Notes: generated by a model not told the origin, from the letters alone. Counted from the first letter of the stretch, positions 20,231-30,828 are shown. The stretch is 64,000 nucleotides of DNA from Candidatus Latescibacterota bacterium (GCA_965200315.1 OZ241362.1:4192001-4256000), one strand, 5' to 3'. Numbers and translations are program-made.

Positions 20231-21142
20231 ATGCACTACGACCCATGCCAACGCACCTTTGACTGCGAGCCGACGCTGACCGATTCCCAAGTCCTCGAAT
20301 TCTGCCGCGAGGGCCACCTTTTGCTCAAAGGCGTTGTATCCGACGAGATCAACCAGCGCACCTGTGCTTGGCTCGACGGCGATATTCCCGCCAACCCAAG
20401 CTACATCCCCGACGGCCTGACCGAGGCCGACCTCGACCGCATCCGCTTTACCCACGAGCCGAGTTCCATCTTCTTGGAGGACTGGTTCATCGAGCACGTC
20501 CTGCTCAATGCCCGGTTAGCCGGTGCCATGCGCTCGCTTCTAGGCCCTAACATCGGCCTGCCTATCATAGCCAGCCACCACCGGGCCGAATGCCCCATGG
20601 AAGCCCAGGGCTGGCACCAAGATGCCGATCACATCTTCGGCCCGGAGCTGCGCTTTTTGGAGGTCTTCTACTTTCCCCAAGACACGCCCGTGGAGCTGGG
20701 GCCGACCGAGTTGGTGCCTGGCTCGCACATCCAACCGGGTCGCCGCGACAGCGAAGAAGGGGGCGTGTTTTGCGACGGTCCGGCTGGCACCATTGGGATT
20801 CACCATCAGAGCATCATGCACCGCCGCGGCAAGTCCACCGCCAAGGGGCTGCGCCGGATGCTCAAGTACAATTATTGGCGCACGGCACCTCCCCAGCGCA
20901 ACTGGATCGTCGAGGAGGACTTTGATTTCCAGAGCGCGTATTACGGCGGCCACGGCACGGCGCGCTACTATGCCCACATGTTCTATTGGCTCTGCGGCGA
21001 GGGGGATCAGTTCCGCATCATCGGCGGCCAGGCTTGGCCTTGGCAGTCCCCAAACCAGATCGGGCCATCGTATGGCTTTGACGCCGAGGAAGGCTATCAG
21101 CCCAATTGGCGTCGGGACAACCCCGACGGGTATGCGCGTTGA
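20231..21142 (+). CDS. PhyH family dioxygenase
   Basis: WHQDAD, LVPGSH, IMHRRG. Confidence 0.8.
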   Translation: MHYDPCQRTFDCEPTLTDSQVLEFCREGHLLLKGVVSDEINQRTCAWLDGDIPANPSYIPDGLTEADLDRIRFTHEPSSIFLEDWFIEHVLLNARLAGAMRSLLGPNIGLPIIASHHRAECPMEAQGWHQDADHIFGPELRFLEVFYFPQDTPVELGPTELVPGSHIQPGRRDSEEGGVFCDGPAGTIGIHHQSIMHRRGKSTAKGLRRMLKYNYWRTAPPQRNWIVEEDFDFQSAYYGGHGTARYYAHMFYWLCGEGDQFRIIGGQAWPWQSPNQIGPSYGFDAEEGYQPNWRRDNPDGYAR

Positions 21143-21277
21143 TTGGGCAGTAGCCGCCTCCAGCAGGAGGGACATCGCTATGAGAGGCAGGGGCAGGGCA
21201 CCGGCCCGGCGGGTGGGGGGCGGTACTCGCGCGCCTCGGACACACTGAATCCGGGTGCTGGCCGGCGCGAGGAGTCG

Positions 21278-21391
21278 TTAGAACTGGTGCGCTTCGGGCA
21301 GGCAGTCGCGCAGCGTCTTGATGCGGGCGTCGTACTCACCGCGCAGTTCGAGAGCTTCGTAGAGTCTGATGGTCTTCCTAACTTCGGTCAT
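21278..21391 (-). pseudogene. Short truncated ORF (37 aa) resembling a DIP1984-like N-terminus
   Basis: Strong RBS AGGAGGTGAGGT, then MTEVRKTIRLYEALELRGEYDARIKTLRDCLPEAHQF*. Confidence 0.35.
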
Positions 21392-21504
21392 ACCTCACCT
21401 CCTTCGAGTTTCACCGAGAGATGATTCAAAATTCGAGGGAGTGTAGAACAGTCGCAATAGTTCAGCGACTTTTTTTGTGATCAGTTCGTATGGCACTTTT
21501 AGCA

Positions 21505-23265
21505 TCACTCCCGGAGCGCCAAATGCAGCTCCCGCAACTGCTCCGGCGACACCTCGCCCGGTGCGCCCATGAGCGGATCCTGTGCGTTTTGGTTCAGCGG
21601 GAAGGCGATGACCTCGCGTATGTTCGGTTCGTCCGCCAGCAACATGACGATGCGGTCGATGCCGGGCGCGATGCCGCCATGAGGCGGAGCGCCGTAGCGC
21701 AAGGCGCGGATCAGGCCCCCAAACTTGCGGTCCACTTCCCGCGGCGAATGCCCGGCAATCGCAAACGCCTTGTACATGATGTCTGGTCTGTGATTGCGGA
21801 TGGCACCGCTCGACAGTTCGAGGCCGTTGCAGACGATGTCGTACTGATAGGCCTTGATCTCCAGCGGCGGTTGCGTCTCCAGCGCCGCCATACCGCCCTG
21901 CGGCATGGAAAACGGATTGTGCGAAAAGGCCACGCAGTCGCGTTCCTCGTCCCATTCGTACATGGGAAAATCGACGACCCAGCAGAATTCATAACAACCC
22001 TCCCGCCGCAGGTTGAGCCGGTCTGCCAGATGCAGGCGCAACCGTCCCGCTAGAGCCGCGGCCGCGGCTGGCGGCCCGGCGACGAAGAAAATGGCGGCCC
22101 CCGGCGCGGCGGCACATTCCTCGATGATGCGGTTGCGCACACTCTGTTCTAGGGCCGCGGCGATTGAACCTGTGGCTTGGGCTCCGTTGATGAGGTACGC
22201 CAGCCCCTTGCCGCCCGCTTCTTTGACGAATGCTTCGAGGCGGTCGAAAAACGAACGCGGCTGCCCCTCCAGCTTGGGAACGCATAGGGCGCGGACGACT
22301 CCTCCTGCTGCGACGATGTCCCTGAACAGTCTAAACGAGGAGTCCGCAAAGATCGCGGAGAGGTCTTGAATTTCGAGCCCGAAGCGCAGGTCTGGTTTGT
22401 CCGTGCCGAACCTCAGCAGAGAGTCGGCGTGGGAAAGACGCGGGAACGGCGGCTCGGTCACTTTCCAATCGGTGAATTCGCGGAACAGACCCGAAAAGAG
22501 GGCCTCGACCACAGCAAAGACGTCCTCCTGCTCAACGAAGGCCATCTCGAGGTCGAGCTGGTAGAACTCGCCGGGGGAGCGGTCGGCGCGGGCATCTTCG
22601 TCGCGGAAGCAGGGCGCGATCTGGAAGTAGCGGTCGAAGCCAGACACCATCAGCAACTGCTTGAACTGCTGAGGTGCCTGCGGCAGCGCGTAGAATTGGC
22701 CGGGATAGAGCCGGCTCGGCACGAGGTAATCGCGGGCGCCCTCGGGCGAGATGCTAGTGAGAATGGGCGTCTGGAACTCGGCAAAGCCCATCTTTGTCAT
22801 GCGCCGTCTGATGCTGGCGATCACCTCCGAGCGGAGCTGAATGCGGCGGTGCAGCCCGGCCCGGCGCAGGTCTAAGAAGCGATAGCGCAACCGGGTGCTC
22901 TCTCCCACTTCGGAATCTTCCGCTATGGAAAAGGGGAGTGGCTGCGCTGACGAGAGCACTTTTAGCTCGCGGACGGCGAGTTCCACTTCTCCGGTCTCCA
23001 TCGCGCTGTTGATGGTCTCAGGCGTCCGTTCGCGCACATCGCCCACGACGCGGATTACGGATTCGCGGAGAACCTTTGACGCAGTTGCCGCAGCGTCATT
23101 TTCCGGCGAGATCACGAGTTGGGTGATGCCGTAGTGGTCGCGCAGATCTAGGAACAATACGCCTCCGTGGTCCCGGCGGCGATGAATCCAGCCACTCAGG
23201 CGAATGGTCTGGCCGGCGTGGTGCTTGCGGAGTTCGCCACAGGTGTGCGTGCGATAGCGGTGCAT
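21505..23265 (-). CDS. aspS: Aspartate--tRNA ligase, probably non-discriminating Asp/Asn type
   Basis: [13 protein letters not shown] (His at the position typical of ND AspRS), [31 protein letters not shown]. Confidence 0.95.
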   Translation of the reverse strand: MHRYRTHTCGELRKHHAGQTIRLSGWIHRRRDHGGVLFLDLRDHYGITQLVISPENDAAATASKVLRESVIRVVGDVRERTPETINSAMETGEVELAVRELKVLSSAQPLPFSIAEDSEVGESTRLRYRFLDLRRAGLHRRIQLRSEVIASIRRRMTKMGFAEFQTPILTSISPEGARDYLVPSRLYPGQFYALPQAPQQFKQLLMVSGFDRYFQIAPCFRDEDARADRSPGEFYQLDLEMAFVEQEDVFAVVEALFSGLFREFTDWKVTEPPFPRLSHADSLLRFGTDKPDLRFGLEIQDLSAIFADSSFRLFRDIVAAGGVVRALCVPKLEGQPRSFFDRLEAFVKEAGGKGLAYLINGAQATGSIAAALEQSVRNRIIEECAAAPGAAIFFVAGPPAAAAALAGRLRLHLADRLNLRREGCYEFCWVVDFPMYEWDEERDCVAFSHNPFSMPQGGMAALETQPPLEIKAYQYDIVCNGLELSSGAIRNHRPDIMYKAFAIAGHSPREVDRKFGGLIRALRYGAPPHGGIAPGIDRIVMLLADEPNIREVIAFPLNQNAQDPLMGAPGEVSPEQLRELHLALRE

Positions 23266-23276
23266 GGTAGCCTCCT

Positions 23277-23319
23277 AAAAACAGAAAACCCGCCGCGATG
23301 CGTGTTCGCGACGGGTTTT
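23277..23319 (-). terminator. Attenuator terminator upstream of aspS
   Basis: AAAACCCGTCGCGA-ACACGCA-TCGCGGCGGGTTTT-CTGTTTTT immediately before the aspS RBS. Confidence 0.8.
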
Positions 23320-23348
23320 GAATGCTTGGGTTGGGTTGGAGTTAGTCG

Positions 23349-23414
23349 TCAGAACACGCGCAATGGAGCTAGCGGGTTATTATTCTGCGCGCGGTCGTTG
23401 TGACGGGTCATCAT
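23349..23414 (-). CDS. Asn-rich leader peptide of aspS (MMTRHNDRAQNNNPLAPLRVF)
   Basis: 21-codon ORF with AAT AAT AAC at 23384-23376. Its 3' part GCGTGTTC..CGAC is complementary to the terminator 5' arm and loop. Confidence 0.7.
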   Translation of the reverse strand: MMTRHNDRAQNNNPLAPLRVF

Positions 23415-23422
23415 AGTCGTCT

Positions 23423-23450
23423 AAGATAGCGGAAGGCCGAATTCCGTCAA
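23423..23450 (-). promoter_or_regulatory. Putative promoter of the aspS leader
   Basis: TTGACG-16nt-TATCTT, with the leader ATG about 8 nt downstream (possibly leaderless). Confidence 0.45.
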
Positions 23451-23464
23451 GCTGGGCTATGCGC

Positions 23465-23511
23465 TTGCCTCGGGCATCCAATGTGACTACAATTATCCTA
23501 ATGTAGTTACA
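23465..23511 (+). promoter_or_regulatory. vapBC promoter with palindromic operator
   Basis: TTGCCT-17nt-TACAAT overlapped by inverted repeat TGTGACTACA...TGTAGTTACA. Confidence 0.6.
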
Positions 23512-23524
23512 AGGAGATCAATGA

Positions 23525-23791
23525 ATGAACGCATCCATACGCGACCTGAAGAGCAGGTTGTCGCGCTACCTTCGGCAAGTCCAGCGGGGAGAGACCGTTG
23601 TCGTAACTTATAGAGGGAAGCCCATCGCCCGCCTCGTGCCGCTACCGCCCCTCCTGTTGGAAGAGCGGCTGTCCACCTTGCCGGGGATCAATGCCGGGAC
23701 AGGGGGAAAACCAAGAGGTGCCACGCGCCCAGTGCGCGTCAAACCCGGACAGAAAAGCGTTGCGGACATCGTGGTAGAAGAGCGGCGGTGA
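23525..23791 (+). CDS. Phd/YefM family antitoxin
   Basis: SIRDLKSRLSRYLRQVQRGETVVVTYRGKPIARLVP. Confidence 0.9.
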   Translation: MNASIRDLKSRLSRYLRQVQRGETVVVTYRGKPIARLVPLPPLLLEERLSTLPGINAGTGGKPRGATRPVRVKPGQKSVADIVVEERR

Positions 23792-24225
23792 TCCTCTTTC
23801 TCGATACATCGGCTCTCGTCAAGCTGTACGTCGAGGAGGACGACTCCGAGGCGGTACGCGGCTGGGTAGAGGGGGCCGAGGAAGTTGCCTGCCAGTGGAT
23901 CGCATACGTGGAGGCGCGATCTGCTTTGGCTGCCAAGCAGCGTTTGGGCGACTTGTCCGATGCAGAGTTGGCGGAATGCAGGGAGGAACTAGAGCGGGAT
24001 TGGGAGCGATATCACCGCGTCGCGGTTACGCAGACTCTCCTGCGACGAGCCGGTGCTCTGAGCGAACAACTCGGCGTCCGCGCCTATGACAGTGTTCACC
24101 TTGCGGGGGCTGAGTACCTGCAATCCTCGCTGGGAGTGCCGATAACCTTCGGGTCCTTCGACCGCCGACAGGTCGATGCTGCCGCACAGCTTGGAATGCT
24201 CATTGCATCGGTTGATGACAACTGA
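23788..24225 (+). CDS. vapC: VapC PIN-domain toxin
   Basis: FLDTSALVKLY, RAYDSVHLA, SFDRRQ. 4-bp overlap with the antitoxin. Confidence 0.9.
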   Translation: MILFLDTSALVKLYVEEDDSEAVRGWVEGAEEVACQWIAYVEARSALAAKQRLGDLSDAELAECREELERDWERYHRVAVTQTLLRRAGALSEQLGVRAYDSVHLAGAEYLQSSLGVPITFGSFDRRQVDAAAQLGMLIASVDDN

Positions 24226-24463
24226 GCTGTGTGCGGCTTATTATACAGTCCTACGTCATTCATGCGATGATCCGCAGATAAACGCATAAGGACGCAGAAT
24301 GGTATGGATAAAACAAGCCGCCGCTCGAATCGTTCAACTCATTATAATTCTCTCTCCGAATTTCAAACGGATACACTACCCGTGCTTGTTGCCCCCATCT
24401 GTAAAACCGTACATTAACTCGAACCCGGCCCCAACTAGTCCCTCCAACCAAAGGACAATTCCC

Positions 24464-25306
24464 ATGAGCGGCCTTACCTCCGACCAACTCGACTTCTATC
24501 GCAGCGAAGGCTATCTCCTCGTCGAGGAGGTCCTCGACCCTTGTGTCTTCGACCGCCTCATCACTGAAATTGACGCGATTGTCGATACGGCCGCCCAAGA
24601 GGCCGAACTGTCCGAGTTGCACGCAGACCTACCTTTTGCCAAGCGCCTAGTCCACATCCACGCCCAGTTGGCCGACCCTGAGCCGCTGTTGCGCCAAGTC
24701 AACGGCAAGCTCAAAACCGAGGGCATGTTCGCCATTTTGACCCAACCGGCGCTGCTCGACATAGTCGAATCCGCGATCGGCCCCGAGATATTGGCTCACC
24801 CGCAATTCAACTTGCGCGCCAAATTGCCCAACCAAAACGCCACTGTGGTCCCCTGGCACCAAGACTTGGGTTATTTGCAGCCCGACGCCGAAGAAACCTT
24901 CATGGTCAATTTTTGGATCCCCTTGGTCGATGCCACTCCTGAAAACGGCTGCATGGAAGTCATTGCCGGCAGCCACCGCGCCTCGCTCATCGGGCACGAG
25001 CACGGCTTGGGACCGGGGGCCAATTTCAAGGGCATCACCGATCAGTACTTGCCTCCCGGCGAGCAAGTTAGCTGCCCGGTCCAAGTCGGCGGCGTACTGC
25101 TCATCCAGCACAAGACCATCCACCGCTCCATCCCCAACCACTCCGACCACATCCGCTGGAGCCTCGACCTGCGCTACAGCGACCCAGCCCAGCCCAGCGG
25201 CCGCGACGGCGTCCCCGGTTTTATAGCCCGCAGCCAAGCACATCCCGAATCGGTGGCCCAGAGCCTGGACGATTGGCTGGCGTTGTTCGAGACCACTGCT
25301 CCATAA
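24464..25306 (+). CDS. PhyH family dioxygenase
   Basis: FYRSEGYL, PWHQD, ENGCMEVIAGSH, TIHRS. Confidence 0.85.
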   Translation: MSGLTSDQLDFYRSEGYLLVEEVLDPCVFDRLITEIDAIVDTAAQEAELSELHADLPFAKRLVHIHAQLADPEPLLRQVNGKLKTEGMFAILTQPALLDIVESAIGPEILAHPQFNLRAKLPNQNATVVPWHQDLGYLQPDAEETFMVNFWIPLVDATPENGCMEVIAGSHRASLIGHEHGLGPGANFKGITDQYLPPGEQVSCPVQVGGVLLIQHKTIHRSIPNHSDHIRWSLDLRYSDPAQPSGRDGVPGFIARSQAHPESVAQSLDDWLALFETTAP

Positions 25307-25422
25307 CTGAAAACAAGTTTTCCTACGCCCTCCTGAAACTGATAGGCGGCCAAGGGAAACTTTGGCTCGTCCGTTAGTGTCAGGAGACCGCATATTCCCC
25401 AAACACTTTTTTGGAGATTACC

Positions 25423-26562
25423 ATGCTCTACGACTTGCTCCTCAAAGGTGGCACCCTAGTTGATCCAGCCCAGCAACTACACGCAGTGCTGGACGTGGCT
25501 TTTGCCGACGGCAAAGTCGCTGCGGTCGGGGCCGCCCTGCCTGCGAATCAAGCGCGCCAAACGCTCGATGTCGCGGGCTACGTGGTGGCCCCCGGCCTCA
25601 TCGATTTGCACGTCCACGTGTATTGGGGAGTCAGCCACTTCGGTGTCGAGCCTGATCCCACCTGTCTAGCCCGAGGTGTCACCACCGTGGTCGATGCCGG
25701 CTCGGCTGGAGCCGATACCTTCCCCGGCTTCCGCAAATTCATCATCGACGTCAGTGACACCCGCATCTTGGCCCAGCTCAACATCTCCTCGCAGGGCATG
25801 TTGACGCAGGAAATCGGCGAGTTCGAGATCCCCGAGTACGCAGACGTGGGCAAAGCCTGCCGCATGATCGAACAACACCGCGACCTCATCTTGGGGGTCA
25901 AGGTGCGGCTCACCCGCCACAGCATCGTCAGCGAGCGCTCGGGAATGCGGCCCCTGCACCGGGCCCGCGAGGCCGCGGATGCCGCCGGTCTGCCCATTAT
26001 GGTCCACCCGCAAGACGCTTGGTGCGACAGCCTCGATGATGTGCTGGCCGTTATGCAACAAGGCGACATCCTCACCCATTGCTTCCACGGCATGAAGTGC
26101 GGCATCCTCGACGAGGCCGGCCAAGTGCGCCCTGCGGTACACGAGGCCGTGGAGCGCGGTGTGCTCTTTGACGTGGGGCACGGCGCTGGCTCCTTCTCTT
26201 GGGAGGTGGCCGAGACTGCGCTAAGCGCTGGGCTTGCGCCGCATACCATCTCCTCAGACTTGCACGTGTACAATCTCCACGGGCCGGTATATGACTTGAT
26301 CAACGTCGTATCCAAATTTCTCCACTTGGGCATGGACCTCGACGCCGCGCTGGCCAAAGTAACCGCAGTGCCGGCCCAAGTCATTGGAGTGCCGAATGAG
26401 ATCGGGACCTTGGCGGTAGGTGCTTGGGGCGACTCGGTGGTGCTCGATGTACGCCAAGGCCAGTTCCAGTTGGCCGATTCGGGCGGGGAAATACGCACGG
26501 GCCAACAGCAATTGGAGCCGCTGGTTGTGGTCAAGGGCGGCCGAGTCTATCGCCAGTATTAA
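25423..26562 (+). CDS. Dihydroorotase-like amidohydrolase/deacetylase
   Basis: PGLIDLHVH, GVTTVVDAGSAG, THCFHG, DVGHG, ISSDLH. Confidence 0.85.
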   Translation: MLYDLLLKGGTLVDPAQQLHAVLDVAFADGKVAAVGAALPANQARQTLDVAGYVVAPGLIDLHVHVYWGVSHFGVEPDPTCLARGVTTVVDAGSAGADTFPGFRKFIIDVSDTRILAQLNISSQGMLTQEIGEFEIPEYADVGKACRMIEQHRDLILGVKVRLTRHSIVSERSGMRPLHRAREAADAAGLPIMVHPQDAWCDSLDDVLAVMQQGDILTHCFHGMKCGILDEAGQVRPAVHEAVERGVLFDVGHGAGSFSWEVAETALSAGLAPHTISSDLHVYNLHGPVYDLINVVSKFLHLGMDLDAALAKVTAVPAQVIGVPNEIGTLAVGAWGDSVVLDVRQGQFQLADSGGEIRTGQQQLEPLVVVKGGRVYRQY

Positions 26563-26585
26563 GGCTAGAAACAGCATAGGTAAAG

Positions 26586-27659
26586 ATGAGAGTCTGCATC
26601 ATCGCTAGCGAAGCTTTGCTTGCTTGGCACGGGTTTGCGCTGGCCCAAGGATCAACCAACGATACAAACCGTTGGATGGCCGAGCAGCCCAAGGTAGAGG
26701 CATGGTTCGGCGGATGGGAAGTCGGAGGTCGAATCGACGCAGAAGGGATTTCCCGGCTCCCGGACTCGGGAGATAACACCGCAGGTGTTGGCGTGGCGGA
26801 AGCCGTGCTTGGGGTCGAAGCTGCGATAAACGACTGGATTGGCGGCGAGGTCGGCTTGCTATACGAGACCGTGAATATTGGGTTGGACGACAGGGAAGAC
26901 GGCACAAGCACCGCGGTTGACATCGCAACGTTGATGATCGGAGCGCCGGAAGGCTTGTGGTCTGTTACGGCAGGCCGGCAATACGCGCCGTTCGGCGTGT
27001 TTGCAACCAACTTGATCTCCGACCCGCTGACACTCGAACTCGGCGAAACAAACGAGGTTGCCGTGCAATTCGGGTTGTCGTCCGGCGGATTGCACGGGTC
27101 CATTTTCGACTTCTATGGCGATAATGAGCAAAATGGCGGTTATGGCGCTGCGATCGGCTATTCGCTGGAGCGCCGCGAGTCCGAGTTCGACCTGAACCTG
27201 TAGTACATCAGTGACATCGGTGCTTCAGGTAACCTACAAGAAGTGATCGCCGATAGTCGTGGCCGCAATAATATACCGGGTTGGTCAGTCAGTGCCGAGT
27301 TGGGTTACAAAAACGCATCGCTGATTGGCGAGTACCTCGCTTCGCTGGAGCGTTTTGCAGAAGACGAAGTAGAGTTCGCCGGACGCGGTGCCCAACAGTC
27401 GAGCTGGTCGCTCGAAGCGGCTTGCGATGTTAGCCTTGCGGGCAAGGCGGCAACGGTTGTTGCGAGCTATCAGGGTCTGGAAGAAGCGCTGGCGCTGGGG
27501 CTGCCCGCGCGGCGGGTTCTCGCTGGGGTCTCGGTGGAACTGGCGGAATGGTTCACGCCAGCCATCGAATGGGCGAGAGACGAAGATTATGCGCGCCAGG
27601 ACGGCGGCAGCGGCGAGCAAGTTAGCACGATCACGGTTCAGGTCTCCGCAAAATTCTAA
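26586..27659 (+). pseudogene. LbtU-family siderophore porin interrupted by an in-frame TAG (27201-27203)
   Basis: GRQYAPFG...ISDPLTLELGETNE. The same frame continues after the TAG (YISDIGAS...) to a C-terminal Phe (VQVSAKF). Confidence 0.7.
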
Positions 27660-27820
27660 CGGTCTGTATCTGAGGGCGAGGTATTCCAACCAAAGAGACG
27701 AGACGACCTATGTCCTTTCCGTTGGCCCCGCGGGCGATGCAGAAGCCTTTATCGTCGTATTCTTGCCGCAGTTTCGAGTTCCTATAGCAAGCATTCCATC
27801 TCGCCGGCATCTTTTCGGAC

Positions 27821-28828
27821 CTACCGCATTTCCGCCAGCGAGACCGTCCTGTGTTCCTTGGCCGAAACCGAGACGGCTTCGGCGATTTCGACATCCAGCA
27901 GGGCATCTTCTGGAGGATTGCGGGCCTCGCGGCGGCTTTCTATGGCATCGAGAAAGGCGGCGGCCTGCCGGACGAGCGGAGACGGTTCGTTCTCAAAAGC
28001 GCGAACCTCGGAACGGCCCCCACGAAAAACAGTAATGGAATCCTTGCCGGGCGGGCTGTCGGCATTGGGCAGGATTCCACCCTCGGCGCAGACAAAACGC
28101 GGCTGTGGGTCAGGCATGCCCTCCGGGCCGATATAACTGGCCGTGGCCGAAGCGAAGGCACCGTTTTCAAATCCAATCAGGGCCCCGCATGTCTCCTCCA
28201 CTACGTGCCCGGGAGCCGTATTTCGCATCCGATTGGTCATTGCGGACACGGTGGTCGGCCTGCCGAGAATCCAGCGGACGGCATTGAGATAGCAATAGCT
28301 CATATGGGTCAGCGGCATCCCGCCACTCGCCCCTTGGTCATAGTACCACCCGTCCGGGTCCGGGTTCCACAGGGCCATGGTCACGGCCATCACCGGCACC
28401 CCCAGTTCCCTTCCCGCCATTAGGTGCCGAATCTCCTCCCAGGCAGGGTCGTAACGGCGCTGGAATCCGGCCTCCACAATCCGATTGGTCCGGGCCGCCA
28501 TTTCTACGATCTGGTGCCCATTTTCCACACTTGAAGCTAGACATCCGCCCACGAGGAGGTCGTAACCAGCATCCAATGCCCAAATGGAGACCTCGTCCTG
28601 AACGCGATGCGGAACCTCGATTAGGATCGCGTCCGGTCCGGCCTCCCCCAATCGGCGAAAGTCATCGTAGAAAACGTCGCACCCCAACTCAGCCGCGCAG
28701 CTTTCAGCACGCTGTGCGCGCCGGGCGGCGACGCCGCAGATCGCCGCCCGCCCGGTGTCCAGCAACGCCCTGCCCCGGGCCCGAGCCATGTTCCCGGCTC
28801 CCACAATCGCTATTCGCTGTTTCGGCAT
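27821..28828 (-). CDS. Gfo/Idh/MocA oxidoreductase
   Basis: IAIVGAGNMA, GFQRRYDP. True start MPKQR at 28828. Confidence 0.8.
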   Translation of the reverse strand: MPKQRIAIVGAGNMARARGRALLDTGRAAICGVAARRAQRAESCAAELGCDVFYDDFRRLGEAGPDAILIEVPHRVQDEVSIWALDAGYDLLVGGCLASSVENGHQIVEMAARTNRIVEAGFQRRYDPAWEEIRHLMAGRELGVPVMAVTMALWNPDPDGWYYDQGASGGMPLTHMSYCYLNAVRWILGRPTTVSAMTNRMRNTAPGHVVEETCGALIGFENGAFASATASYIGPEGMPDPQPRFVCAEGGILPNADSPPGKDSITVFRGGRSEVRAFENEPSPLVRQAAAFLDAIESRREARNPPEDALLDVEIAEAVSVSAKEHRTVSLAEMR

Positions 28829-28945
28829 TGTGCTACCGCTCCCGTTTTTTGAGTTTAATGCCCTCAGCAGCGAATCTTGAGTACCAAGATATGTCGCGTC
28901 AAGGGCCGTTGTCGCGGCGTAATCGTGAGGTGGAAGGCGGAGAGC

Positions 28946-29926
28946 ATGGAATACGTCAAGTTCGGCCGTTCTGGCCTGAAGGTGTCGCGCTTGGCCTACG
29001 GGTTGGGCCTGCGCGGCCAGCAGGACGCCGACGAGGCCGAGTGCGCCATCGAGCGGGCCGTCGAGTTGGGGATCAACTTCATTGACTGCGCCAACATCTA
29101 CGGCTTCGGGGACGTGTACGAGACCCGCGGCACGTCGGAGCAGGTTCTGGCGCGCGTCCTCAGGCGGCACCGCGACGACCTCGTGGTCACCTCGAAGGTG
29201 GCCAGCCGCGTCGGCGACGGGCCTAACGACACCGGTCTGTCGCGCTATCACATCATGCGGGAGATCGATCGCACCTTGGCCCGCCTCGAGACGGATCACA
29301 TCGACGTTTACATTCTGCACATGTACGACGACGAGACCCCCCTCGAGGAGACGCTGCGCGCCTTGGACGATGTGGTGCGCGCTGGCAAGACGCGCTACGT
29401 GGGCGTCTCTAACTTCCAAGCCTGGCAGGTGCTCAAGTCTCTGTGGACTCAGGACCGCCTCGGGCTCGATCCCCTACTCTGCATCCAGAATCCCTACAAC
29501 CTCCTCAACCGGGAACTAGAGAGCGAGATGTGGCCGGCGCAGCGCGACCAGGGCTTCGGGGTTATGACGTACAGTCCCTTGGGTGTGGGTTTGTTCTCTG
29601 GCGTGTACACTCCCGGAGAGCCGCCGCCGGGCGGCACCCTGTACGCCACCCGGCGCGTTGGAGACTTGGAGCAGGACCTCAACGAGGCGGCGCGCCGCAC
29701 CCTAAAGATCCTGCGGCAGATCGCCGACGCCCATGGCCGCACCGTGGCGCAGACAGCCATCAACTGGGTGATCTCTCACCCTGAAGTGACGGCGGCCATC
29801 ACCGGCTGCGACACCGCGGCTCACATGGAGGAGAATGCTGGCGCGGTGGGCTGGTCAATTACGCCGGCGGACCGGGCCCGTCTCGACGAAGCCTCGGCCG
29901 GCCAAGATCGCGTCCTAGACGTCTGA
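28946..29926 (+). CDS. Aldo/keto reductase
   Basis: GLKVSRL, GINFIDCANIYG, GKTRYVGVSN, YSPLG. Confidence 0.9.
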   Translation: MEYVKFGRSGLKVSRLAYGLGLRGQQDADEAECAIERAVELGINFIDCANIYGFGDVYETRGTSEQVLARVLRRHRDDLVVTSKVASRVGDGPNDTGLSRYHIMREIDRTLARLETDHIDVYILHMYDDETPLEETLRALDDVVRAGKTRYVGVSNFQAWQVLKSLWTQDRLGLDPLLCIQNPYNLLNRELESEMWPAQRDQGFGVMTYSPLGVGLFSGVYTPGEPPPGGTLYATRRVGDLEQDLNEAARRTLKILRQIADAHGRTVAQTAINWVISHPEVTAAITGCDTAAHMEENAGAVGWSITPADRARLDEASAGQDRVLDV

Positions 29927-30027
29927 CCGCTCAGTAGGGGCTATCGACACTCAGGCGCACACGCCGCGGCGGTCTTCATTCCGCCTTTATTTTTCTTATA
30001 GGTTCCAAAAAACTTAGGGAGACCAGC

Positions 30028-30828
30028 ATGCGACTCAAAGACAGGATAGCTATCGTCACCGGTGCCGGGGGTGGCATGGGCCTCGGCATATCGAAATGCC
30101 TGACGCGCGAAGGGGCGGTCATCGTGGCGACCGACATCGACGGCGACCGGGCGCAGGCCACCGCCGACGAGCTTGAGAGCGAAGGGGCCGCCGCGGTCGC
30201 CATCGCCGCCGACATAACGGATGAATCCGCCTGCGAGGCCCTCGTCGCTCAGGCGCTCGGGTGCTTCGGTGCCGTCGATATCCTCGTCAACAACGCCGGC
30301 CACTTCGGCACCATCGTCGGTGCCCCGTTCACCAACTTCACCGGCGAGGAGTGGGACAGCAACTACGACATACACGTCAAGGGCCCCTTCTTCCTCTGCA
30401 AGGCGATCGCCCCGCACATGATCGAGCGCCGCTATGGCAAGATCATCAACATCTCTTCCGCGGCCGCTAAACGCGACCCGACCTTCCTGCCGACCTACGC
30501 GGCCGCCAAGAACGCGATGCTCAGCTTGACACGGCTGACCGCCAAGGACTTGGGGCCGCACAACATCACCGTAAACGCCGTATGCCCCGGGTTCGTGTGG
30601 ACCAACTTCTGGCACACGCTAGCACCGAAGATAGCCGCGATCGATCCGGCCTATGCCGGCAAAAGCGCCCGCGAGGTGTTCGACCTGTTCATCGCCAACT
30701 CGACGCCGATGCAGCGCGAGCAGACGCCTGAGGATATAGGCAACATGGTCGCCTTTCTCGCTTCCGAAGAGGCACGCAACGTCACTGGCCAGACGATAAA
30801 TGTCAGCGGCGGCATGGTCTTGGACTGA
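30028..30828 (+). CDS. SDR oxidoreductase
   Basis: TGAGGGMG, NNAG, YAAAK, VNAVCPG. Confidence 0.9.
   Translation: MRLKDRIAIVTGAGGGMGLGISKCLTREGAVIVATDIDGDRAQATADELESEGAAAVAIAADITDESACEALVAQALGCFGAVDILVNNAGHFGTIVGAPFTNFTGEEWDSNYDIHVKGPFFLCKAIAPHMIERRYGKIINISSAAAKRDPTFLPTYAAAKNAMLSLTRLTAKDLGPHNITVNAVCPGFVWTNFWHTLAPKIAAIDPAYAGKSAREVFDLFIANSTPMQREQTPEDIGNMVAFLASEEARNVTGQTINVSGGMVLD

Noticed and set aside
27201-27203. Pyrrolysine or amber recoding
   Set aside because: TAG is the normal stop for many genes here and no pyl genes are present.
27660-27820. Possible PhyH N-terminal fragment (LRQEYDDKGFCIARG) on the minus strand
   Set aside because: Too short to support a call.
27821-29419. 532-aa ORF as one protein
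   Set aside because: The N-terminal part is the antisense shadow of the aldo/keto reductase; the real gene starts at 28828.
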